Below, in pieces: positions 10,901 through 16,606 of a stretch of 54,364 bases of DNA. Source of the stretch: an uncultured bacterium (lineage in GTDB: Bacteria; CSSED10-310; CAZUFC01); contig CAZUFC010000053.1 in the NCBI GenBank assembly GCA_964619725.1, positions 1 through 54,364 of the forward strand, read 5' to 3'. Below the pieces are notes generated by a model. That model saw only the letters and a program-made list of their open reading frames with translations, did not search any database and was not told the DNA's origin. Within the stretch, counting starts at the first letter, position 1, and every line of letters begins with the position of its first letter. A program made the translations under genes and the position numbers.

Positions 10901-11430
10901 CCGCCTCCCGATGCATACGAGGCGGTGTTTCTTATTATTGAACAGTGGTAAATCTTTGACGTGGAAGAGGTGCAATATATCCCGCCGCCGTTTCGATAGT
11001 CGCCGGTCTTGTTCCACTTCAAAATGCAACGCTGTATCGTCGGCGATGAATTTTCTATGTAAATGCCCGCTCCATGCTGACTGCCGCTCATTGCCCTCTG
11101 AATGGTAAAACCCTTGACCAGCGCCGACTGTGATTCTCCTGAATGAAAATAGAATCCTCTTCCAGAATTTTCACAATCTATCACGCAATATTCCGGGCCG
11201 TTTTCCGACATCAGGCGTATGTTCTTTCCCTGGAAATCCAGGTTCTTGTTGCCTGATCCATAATAGGTTCCGTCTGCCGCCAAAACCGTGTCGCCCGTCC
11301 AGGCTGCATTGATGCCCGCCTGAAGCGTTGAATAATCTCCCGGGACATGCAAAACAGAGCCTGAAACAGAAATGCTCCCGAACAAAATTAAATAAATCGA
11401 TACTACACATAGAACGGCATATTTCATCAT
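1978..11430 (-). CDS. Giant (~3150 aa) surface protein: 7 tandem right-handed beta-helix (pectin-lyase-like/Pmp-like) modules with PT linkers, a C-terminal PPC-like domain and a sorting signal
   Basis: ATG 11430 with GAGGGGAG RBS; signal peptide. Seven modules begin V.VP.DY.TIQ.AI.AA..GD and end YLSQ.AAGQ..DSPC.DAG...DMG.HY; many GGGIYC repeats. C-terminus IPAS + hydrophobic helix + RFKE. Confidence 0.9.
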   Translation of the reverse strand: MMKYAVLCVVSIYLILFGSISVSGSVLHVPGDYSTLQAGINAAWTGDTVLAADGTYYGSGNKNLDFQGKNIRLMSENGPEYCVIDCENSGRGFYFHSGESQSALVKGFTIQRAMSGSQHGAGIYIENSSPTIQRCILKWNKTGDYRNGGGIYCTSSTSKIYHCSIIRNTASYASGGGVYCTGSVISLYNCTIAENSCRNEGAGLYAADMSPDIKNCTFVRNTTRTSEDGGGIYCVDCSPTVMDSIIWGNVPDQIYLDGTATISVTYSDVEGGYAGTGNINVDPLFVRGMLSSYYISQTAAGQSSDSPCLDAGSGTAASICFTTVNGTVCLSDLTTGTDHAADSGQADMGSHLFPPASPPTPTPLPTLIPGSTINVPADYTTIQDALNAAFDGDTIFVSDGTYYGSGNKNLDFTGKSVRLQSLNGPEVTVIDCEDSGRGFYFHSGEDRNAIVEGFKIQRGLAVNQNGCGIYIDGSSPSFRNCIIDSNRTSDYRDGAGIYCNLSEASFANCTVTRNTSYRGKGGGIYCSYSSPEIINCTITRNSADNGAGTYFVSYSPVLVNCDITENNARLQGGGIYSEASEFSMTGTAVMDNYSENNGGGGVYITYSECEAVNCIFSGNYAGGNDPGGGIYCLLSSPALRNVTIVDGTASQGGAVYCDDSSPAITGSILWNNSPNEIQTYGYCYPVVTYSDVEGGYAGTGNINADPLFVDGFYGDDYLSHAAAGQAADSPCIDAGSALASELCFASEEGGTVCLDDLTTRTDSVTDSGQADMGYHFKAEAQATPTPTPTVTPTDLPASPTPATVIHVPADYTNIQAAIDAAYSGDQVLVADGTYFGAGNKNLDFSGKNILLASVNGPEYCIIDCEDSGRGFHFHSGETSSAVVRGFTVQRGYLANQDGGGLYCVNSSPTFKECIFDSSRVSDYRHGGGIYCEYADASFINCTITRNTANYGQGGGVYTAYSSPLFIECTISVNYADYGGGINFYGHSPTIHASTVINNTSRREGAGIYCDATDLAMTDCKITENLCQDRGGGGIYCYFTPIEIVNCLFTDNYTASSDDGAGIYCDYSDSIIRNTTFIENTASGQGGALYSDNAAPIVTNCIFWNDYPNEIHVTGDYAPEISYCDVQGGYSGTGNIDSAPLFCSGFFGDYYLSQTAAGQSQDSPCLNAGSADASSVCYDSQSGFVCLDQLTTRSDNGADAGTVDMGFHYSLPGSPTATPTPTFTPTQTSPTSTPVNVIHVPDDYATIQAAIDAAYNWDMIIVSEGTYTGTGNKNLDFNGKDIFLTSESGPEKCVIDCENSGRGFYFHMGESANAVVNGFCIQRGYNANQDGGGIHCDNSSPTIMNCVLRGNSVNDYRNGGGIYCYESDAVVKNCTVTRNTATYGKGAGIYTEYSSPRIIDCILNLNYCDYGAGMYFYSYSPVVENCTVTGNTSRQEGAGVYSDASSLLIVDSDISGNYCQDRGGGGLYSFFTPAEVINCIFTDNYVSGNDEGAGIYCDYSDAVIVNCTFTINTAARTGGAIYCDLSSPLILNSVLWGNYPDELTTDAALEPIVMYSDIQGGYSGSGNINENPSFASGTYGPHYLSQTAAGQTVDSACVDAGAELAGDICYFNGSDQLVCLDESTTRTDSVPDSGIADMGFHYATDDPTETPTPEPTYTEAPPTSTPSRVIHVPADYDTIQAAIDAAYFGDMVLVADGTYVGAGNKNLDFTGKEIILASENGYEHCIIDCEDSGRGIHFHNGETNNAVVKGFTIQRGYLNNGSGAGICCEYSSPAILDCRIKGNRVSDYRYGAGIYCSNSEALIKNCLISDNSAQYGFGGGIYTGYSSVSIVDCTIRNNYCDYGGGLNFYNHSPTVSGCTITENTTRYNGAGIYSFVASLNLTNSVISSNISQDRGGAGMFCYFNPINITNCIFHDNYAGGNDEGAAIFCSHADPVIMNCTFYDNGASRVGGALYCERSSPWIINCIMWGNTPNEISDDNSLEPNVIYSDVENGYSGPGNIDSNPLFYDGIYGDFYLSQNAAGQPGDSPCVDAGNDQADAVCFKTTVGRRDCLSELTTRSDAVFDSGIADMGFHYFSGDPTFTPSPTPTATLPPPTSTPLSVIYVPDDYATIQDAIDAAYPGGMVLVADGTYTGTGNKDLDFNGKNIILASENGAEHCVIDCEDSGRGFNFHSGENKTSVVRGFRVQRGNVNAEGGGIYCSGSSPTFIHCTVTGNSVSDYQKGAGIYCTESSSLFENCTISRNEVTNGKGGGLCSEYASPVIRNCTILQNTAENGAGLYFYSESPQVIDSVITRNRSEDEGAGIYCNVASLSLVNTTLSFNTSNDRGGGGIYCYFTEPDIINCLFHDNYAGGSDEGAAVYCSYVDADIVNCTFTQNTASRSGGALHCEQSSPVVTNCIMWGNVPDEISDDGAREARVSFSDIQSGYSGYGNIEANPLFYPGFYGEYYLSQTAAGQSSDSPCADTGGAYAESICYSLGDGTSRCLGDQTTRSDHETDADTVDMGYHYLAVSPSPTPSPTPAPTIVPLSPTPITVLHVPSQYATIQAAIDAASDGDMVLVADGTWQGPGNRDLDFLGKRIIVKSENGPDDCIIDCELSARGFYFHNGEDLDSVVNGFSIINGYKAGEDGGGIYCTSSSPTIKDCLIKNNTAGQYRKGGGVYCFDSHINITHCTVTENSAHSNGYGGGIYSEYSSPLISSTAISRNTSEYPGGGAYLYLGSPSITHCTIAENSAYDHGAGLYSEYVKLNLMDCFVMDNAVTRTSRDGAGLFVEFTPVKILNCVFSGNHATRYGGGIYLMSCDCPILNCTFTSNTADSNGGAVYLNDSSPSIVNCIMWNDVSNEIYAYDSCYPLITYCNIQNGYTGEGNISANPLFYPGPLGNFYLCQIAAGQGADSPCVNAGADSAENVCFYEGPDMLCMDDSYTRTDHVPDSGLVDMGYHYNIPQSPIPTLTPTITPTQGSPSPSPTQPTFSPTPTEPTPPTTTPTGIHSPEPTSTLTPITTGTPIPQTNCGESNDFTDYGCGITGLEGDDVSAMFILQQVCDFTISISNVTPAQYDPILLISTSPDPADCIDYADDNGPGLGETIAMTQMPPGYYYAVIDSVEECGYYDLTLNVGNCADPTPAAIPASRTSLSLALVLLLSLLITGAGFRFKE

Positions 11431-11610
11431 TACACGACTCCCCTCTTCAATTTCGGCAAATTTAAGCCTCAATCAAAATCACGAAAAATAAAAAAAAGAT
11501 TCGGGCAGGCTTCACTTCCCGTCCTCCTCCATGAATTTTTTCCAAATGAACTTGAAATCTCAGCCAAAAAACATATCCCTCTTAATGAAATTAAGGACTA
11601 AATCATCTCC

Positions 11611-11639
11611 ATTATGCTGAAAATTCATTGTCTTGTCAA
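11611..11639 (-). promoter_or_regulatory. sigma70 promoter of the giant gene
   Basis: TTGACA-N17-CATAAT. Confidence 0.65.
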
Positions 11640-11685
11640 ATTATGGAGTAAACTCGCATCGGCCTGGATTCTAAACCGAAATCTT

Positions 11686-11845
11686 GGACAATGATCAAAA
11701 ATTCGGCATTTGAGGTTACTATTCTTACGAATATTACCGTTTTGTTTCGATTACGATTACGATTGCGATACCGATATCGACCCCGATTACCGAAAGAAAC
11801 TGGCGAATATTTTAAAAAAGTGCAATCCCGGTTTGATCAGAGCCG
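11686..11845 (+). mobile_element. MITE family A, copy 1
   Basis: TGATCAAAAAT...GAGGTTAC...TTTTGTTTCGA(hexamer array)CCCCGATTAC...AAGTGCAATCCCGGTTTGATCAG, shared with five other copies. Confidence 0.8.
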
Positions 11846-11889
11846 AAAAATGAAATTCTTGGGCGCCATGCTCAACGAAGAAGTTAACG

Positions 11890-12091
11890 AGTGCCTGTCC
11901 ATAAACTTGAATCTCGATTCAAAATTTAATGCTGGACAGCCACTTGGGTTTTTGATCCATAAACGGGCGAATTTTTCTTAAGGCAAGGAAGGCAATGATT
12001 TGCGAGGTAGGGGTATTGCTTATACGTTGACTGAGCAAATCCGCAGCCTGACGCAGTATTAGGGAAATTCGCCGTTTATGGACAAAAACTA
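11890..12091 (+). repeat. Repeat family B/C, full composite copy (REP/MITE-like)
   Basis: Hairpin AGTGCCTGTCCA..TGGACAGCCACT, then a ~25-bp inverted repeat GTTTTTGATCCATAAACGGGCGAATTT..AAATTCGCCGTTTATGGACAAAAAC; closely matching inverted copy at 54202-54364. Confidence 0.85.
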
Positions 12092-12107
12092 ACGATATCA
12101 GTGACGA

Positions 12108-12222
12108 ATACGTCTTGATTGAATTTGGGTTCGGGTTTTAAGGACAAAGGGACAAAGGGACAAAGGGACAAAGGGACAAAGGGACAAAGGGACGTAAGGG
12201 ACCTATGGGACAGAAGGGACGG
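12108..12222 (+). repeat. Repeat family D with (GGACAAAG)x6 tandem array
   Basis: Six exact 8-mers at 12142-12189 followed by 9-bp variants; inverted homologue at 14615-14700. Confidence 0.85.
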
Positions 12223-12387
12223 TTGTGTTATCAGATACTTGCAGCGGGAAATTAAGCTTGTCAAAAAAACGGACCGTATATGCGGAAATGTTGCATTCTT
12301 GACTTTGCTCTTCAGCGGTGTTTAAATTCCGTCGCGACCGTATGCCGGACGCTGAGAGATATTAGAATGGAGAAGGGAGGCAAAAGA

Positions 12388-12825
12388 TTGAATTGGGAAG
12401 AAGAGAACGATTCTGAGAACTATATGAATCTGTCGCACGACGATTTTATGCTGGAGATGCAAAAGAAGTATCTGGATTCTAAGGATGAAAAAATTGGGGA
12501 AGTCAAAGATGCTCTTGAAGCTTTAAAAAAGAACCCGTCCGATCCTGCTTTGGTCAAGGAAGCTTTTAGAGCGGCTCATTCTCTGGAAGGCGGAGCAGGT
12601 TCCTATGGTTTTGAGAAATCTTTAATGCCTGTTGCGGAGGTTATGTCTGAGGCGCTCAGACCTCATTATGACGATAAGACGGAGGTGCCGGAGGAGTTAT
12701 TTCCCTTCCTGGAGGAATGTCTGGATTTATTGATCGAGACGTTTAATAAAGCGGAGCCGGGGAAGGATGAGCCTGTCGGCGAATTGCCGGAATATCCGTC
12801 AGATATGTTTCCCGATGAGGAATAA
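12388..12825 (+). CDS. Stand-alone Hpt (histidine phosphotransfer) domain protein
   Basis: EAFRAAHSLEGGAGSYGF motif; TTG start 12388 after GGAGG; acidic tail. Confidence 0.8.
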   Translation: MNWEEENDSENYMNLSHDDFMLEMQKKYLDSKDEKIGEVKDALEALKKNPSDPALVKEAFRAAHSLEGGAGSYGFEKSLMPVAEVMSEALRPHYDDKTEVPEELFPFLEECLDLLIETFNKAEPGKDEPVGELPEYPSDMFPDEE

Positions 12826-12843
12826 GTCGGTGTGTTTTTTTTT

Positions 12844-12992
12844 GGCATTGATCAAAAATGCGTCTGTTAAGGTTACAATTTTTCCGAGTATCCCCTCATT
12901 TTGTTTCGATTTCGATCCCGATACCGACCCCGATTACTGGAACAAACCGTCAAAAGTTTTGAAAGAAGTGTAACCCCGGTTTGCTCAGTCCC
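12844..12992 (+). mobile_element. MITE family A, copy 2
   Basis: GGCATTGATCAAAAATGCG...TTGCTCAGTCCC, flanked by T-tracts, between convergent genes. Confidence 0.85.
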
Positions 12993-12999
12993 GTTTTTT

Positions 13000-14349
13000 T
13001 TAAATAGAATCTGAATCGGGGACGCGCATCCTATTCCGGAAAAAAGCAATACAACAGCCGAAAAAGATTAAAATCAACGCCTTCCCCGGACCGTGCAGCG
13101 CCGGAACTATGGGTTGCTCTACATAATTATAGTGATATCCCATATCTGCCGGGCCCTCATCGTAGAGACATCCGGTACTCTTTTCATCCATGCACGAAAT
13201 GCCCTCTATCGTATTCATACAAACATTTTCAGCAGAATTATGGCCTCCGTCAATGCAGGGGCTTTCCTGATACTGGCTGCATATTATTTGACTGAGGTAA
13301 TAATTTCCCAGTGCACCCTGAGTGAACAAAGGGTCTGAGTTAATATTTCCCTGTCCCTGGTATCCGTCTTGAATATCCGAAAAGGTTACTGAGGGAGAAG
13401 ACACGGCATCGCAGAATATTTCATCGGGAATATCTTCCCAGAGAATGCTGTTTTTAACGACGGGATTTGAATACATCTGGCATTCGATACCGCTGCCGTA
13501 GGGGGATGCGTTCAGTGAAAAGGTGCATTGCATGATGAAGGGTGAGGATTCAAAGCATGATATTCCGGCCCCGTAATATGCGGCGACGTTTTCTGTTACA
13601 AGGCAGTTAAAGAAGGTTGGATCGGATGCGTAACAGTGAGCCGCTCCGCCGTGATAATCCGCATAATTCTCCTGAATTACGCAGTTGATGAATGAGGGGG
13701 ATGAATTGACGACGCATATTCCCCCGCCGTCCCAATCGGAAGAGTTACCGGAAATAATGCAATTTGAAGCGACGAGTTCCGTGCCGTTATCACAATAGAT
13801 ACCGCCTCCGCCTGAATGGTACCCGGAAGTATTTTCGGTTATTATGCAGCGATTGAGAGTCGGCGAACAGTTATGAGTGCAATAAACCCCGCCTCCGAAA
13901 TAAGCGGCTTCATTGGAGTGCAGTATGCAGTCGTTTATTAACGGGGATGCGGATGAGATGTAGATGCCTCCACCGTAATTATCCGGCCAGGTAAAACCGA
14001 AAGCGTAACCGTTTTTAACCGTAATGCCTTCCAGTCGCGAATCGGGACCTTCTCCGTTCTGAAAGATGAAGCCGCGATGAGGATCATCATGATTTCCCGC
14101 ACAATCGATTACTACGGATTCGGGTCCTGTCTCAGACTTTACCGTAATCGCTTTGCCGGAAAAGTTGATGTCGCGATTGCCGAAACCGGTATAGGTTCCT
14201 GAAGCGATTAAAACCGTATCCCCTGAACCGGCAGCATCCACAGCCTGCTGTATCCGGTCGTAATGTTCGGGGACTCTGATTACAGCTCCTTCGCAGGCAA
14301 CGCTTATAAAACACAGAATCAATACGGTAGGGGATAAATATCCAGCCAT
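13000..14349 (-). CDS. Single-module beta-helix surface protein, paralogue of the giant protein's modules
   Basis: ATG 14349 after GGAGG; signal peptide; VIRVPEHYDRIQQAVDAA, GGGIYC repeats, YYLSQ..SPCIDGG..DMGYHY; C-terminal VPAL + hydrophobic helix + RNRMR. Confidence 0.9.
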   Translation of the reverse strand: MAGYLSPTVLILCFISVACEGAVIRVPEHYDRIQQAVDAAGSGDTVLIASGTYTGFGNRDINFSGKAITVKSETGPESVVIDCAGNHDDPHRGFIFQNGEGPDSRLEGITVKNGYAFGFTWPDNYGGGIYISSASPLINDCILHSNEAAYFGGGVYCTHNCSPTLNRCIITENTSGYHSGGGGIYCDNGTELVASNCIISGNSSDWDGGGICVVNSSPSFINCVIQENYADYHGGAAHCYASDPTFFNCLVTENVAAYYGAGISCFESSPFIMQCTFSLNASPYGSGIECQMYSNPVVKNSILWEDIPDEIFCDAVSSPSVTFSDIQDGYQGQGNINSDPLFTQGALGNYYLSQIICSQYQESPCIDGGHNSAENVCMNTIEGISCMDEKSTGCLYDEGPADMGYHYNYVEQPIVPALHGPGKALILIFFGCCIAFFRNRMRVPDSDSI

Positions 14350-14437
14350 TCTTGCCTCCAGAAACAGAAACCTCTCCAAGTCACATTTACTGAAAATGAA
14401 ACAGCATTGTCAAAAAAAGCGGATTATCCGGTTCTCA

Positions 14438-14593
14438 GGCATTGAACAAAAATGCGCCTTTTGAGGTTAACAATTCTGCGGAATATCCCATAATTTTGTT
14501 TCGATTTGGATTTGGATTGAGATACCGACCCCAATTACTAAACCGAACTGTCGAAAGTTTTGAAAGAAGTGCAACCCCGGTTTGCTCAGGCCC
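14438..14593 (+). mobile_element. MITE family A, copy 3
   Basis: GGCATTGAACAAAAATGCG...AAGTGCAACCCCGGTTTGCTCAG. Confidence 0.8.
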
Positions 14594-14614
14594 TAAAAAT
14601 GATTTCATATTCCA

Positions 14615-14700
14615 GCCGTCCCTTCTGTCCCTTAGGTCCCTTAGGTCCCTTTGTCCCTTTGTCCTTTAGCATCAAGCCCGCACCCAAATCCAATCAAGGA
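14615..14700 (-). repeat. Repeat family D, copy 2
   Basis: Reverse complement reads TTGATTGGATTTGGGTGCGGG...GGACAAAGGGACAAAGGGACCTAAGGGACCTAAGGGACAGAAGGGACGG, matching 12108-12222 with fewer 8-mers. Confidence 0.8.
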
Positions 14701-15004
14701 GTAATCCCCCTTGCCGTCGTTCACCTCTTCGTTCAGCATGGCGCCCTGAATTTCAGTCCCTCCATTTCGTTTTGACCTGTATCGGCCAGGTGAATTAGTT
14801 TAGAATCGCAATTGATCAGTCCGAAAATTTGCTTTTTTTCGCTGGATTCATATTCTGAAAACAGTGGGCTTTTGTTTGGAGAAATAGAAGAACGACTCTT
14901 TCGATAAAGGATAAAAGGATCTTTTAGGGGATTGGGATTTAGTTTTTTTGTGAGTAACATCGGATAGAATAAAATTGATCATTGAAAAAACAAAAAGCTT
15001 AGCC

Positions 15005-16390
15005 ATGGAAATCCGTTTCGGGATTATTTTTTTTATATTATTCGTAACCGGCGCGCAGCCTTGCCTGTCGGAAGTGGATGTACTGAAGGTCGAGATTCAT
15101 GGCAGGAGTTACATATCGAAGGACAATGGAGCCGGGTGGATAAGGACAAATGCTCTTGTCACGGAAAAACTGAAATGCATGGAGGAGGAATCGCAACTTT
15201 ACATTCAAATGGCGGAATTGACGCTGAATGAGATGATGATCTCATCGGCGATTTGCGATGCTGACGGTGATGCATTATCGGAGATGTATGTCGGTGAATG
15301 GAGCGATTCGTCGATATTTCGTTATGAGTTTGATGAGAACTTGAGTTATGAGAGGACGGCCGTTATGGACTACGGGATACCGTGGTCGGCATGCGATATG
15401 AACGGCGACGGCAAAATGGAATTGATCGTTCAGCGAGGCGATACGGGAATGGGCGGTAAAGGTTATCTGGATATTCATACGTGGAATGATGCGGGATTTC
15501 AGTTGATGCAGCGTTTTACTTTTCCGGGTATGAAGATGGTTTACCATCCCGAAGTTTTCGATTTGAACGGAAATGGTTTGCCGGAAATAATCTTTACGAC
15601 GATGACTACTTTTTCTTCAGATTCGTATGTAAGGATTCTGGAATGGAATAATGATACTCAGGAAATGGAAATTATCTCCTCTATCCAGCAGCAGGAAGCA
15701 TACGGCGTTATCGCTGCCGCGGATTTCGACAGGGACGGCCGGGGAGAATTCGTGGTCGGCGGAGATGAAACTTATCACAGATACGAATTCGATAACGGAG
15801 CTTATGTTCACAAAGGACCTTTAGGGCAGATGATCTGCTCTTCTGATCTGGCTTTAGCCTGGAATGCGGAAGGAGCGGACGACCGGCGGCTGATTCTGGG
15901 CACATGCCTGGGAGCGGGACAAAATAACTGGCGATACGAGGTATTCAGGAGTCCTCAAGATGATAATTTCATTCTGGAAGAAGTTTTTACCGGAACATCG
16001 GAATGGATCGGCAACAATTGCGGCGGTTGCCTGGATGCCGATAACGACGGAAAACAGGAACTTCTGCTTTCTTTCTATCCTGAATGCCGGCTCTATGAAA
16101 AAATCAATGACGGCTTTCAGTCGACCTGGACTTTCGATCAGCAATCCGATACAGGAACTATCACCACGATGAAAATTTCAGGCTGGGATATGAACAACGA
16201 TTCATATAAAAACTGGATTCTGGGGGATTACAATCAAAAATGCTTCTTCTACGGTTATAATAACTCGATGCCTCAGGCGACCAGGAAAAAAGTGAACCAG
16301 AATAAGATTCAACTGCCCGCCGCCGGAAAAACAGCGTTGAGTTTGATTCTTTTATCACTGACGCTTTATATCAAACGGTCCTTGTCCTGA
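15005..16390 (+). CDS. Exported FG-GAP/VCBS-repeat beta-propeller protein
   Basis: Signal peptide; repeated DxDGDG..E motifs (DADGDA, DMNGDGKME, DLNGNGLPE, DFDRDGRGE, DADNDGKQE); C-terminal LPAA + hydrophobic helix + KR. Confidence 0.85.
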   Translation: MEIRFGIIFFILFVTGAQPCLSEVDVLKVEIHGRSYISKDNGAGWIRTNALVTEKLKCMEEESQLYIQMAELTLNEMMISSAICDADGDALSEMYVGEWSDSSIFRYEFDENLSYERTAVMDYGIPWSACDMNGDGKMELIVQRGDTGMGGKGYLDIHTWNDAGFQLMQRFTFPGMKMVYHPEVFDLNGNGLPEIIFTTMTTFSSDSYVRILEWNNDTQEMEIISSIQQQEAYGVIAAADFDRDGRGEFVVGGDETYHRYEFDNGAYVHKGPLGQMICSSDLALAWNAEGADDRRLILGTCLGAGQNNWRYEVFRSPQDDNFILEEVFTGTSEWIGNNCGGCLDADNDGKQELLLSFYPECRLYEKINDGFQSTWTFDQQSDTGTITTMKISGWDMNNDSYKNWILGDYNQKCFFYGYNNSMPQATRKKVNQNKIQLPAAGKTALSLILLSLTLYIKRSLS

Positions 16391-16606
16391 CCCGGCGCTT
16401 GTCCAGCAGCGGAATTTTTAACTGGACTTCAGTTTACGGACAGTCGTGAACCCGCATGCCCGGGCGGACAGACGCTGCAGGTTTCCGGGCATCAATTCAT
16501 CTGTAGAATATTAAAAACTTGTCGTCGCCGGCAATTCCGGGTAGGAAAAAAAGCGGAATCCGTTATAATAAGCTGAAGTTTAAGGAAGGACTGGTGTAAG
16601 GGGCTC

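Noticed and set aside
3235-11410. Many 60-250 aa alternative-frame ORFs inside the giant gene
   Set aside because: They lie wholly within a coherent repeat protein and carry no recognisable motifs; shadow ORFs.
12142-12220. Possible CRISPR array
   Set aside because: Units are 8-9 bp in tandem with no spacers, and no cas genes are present.
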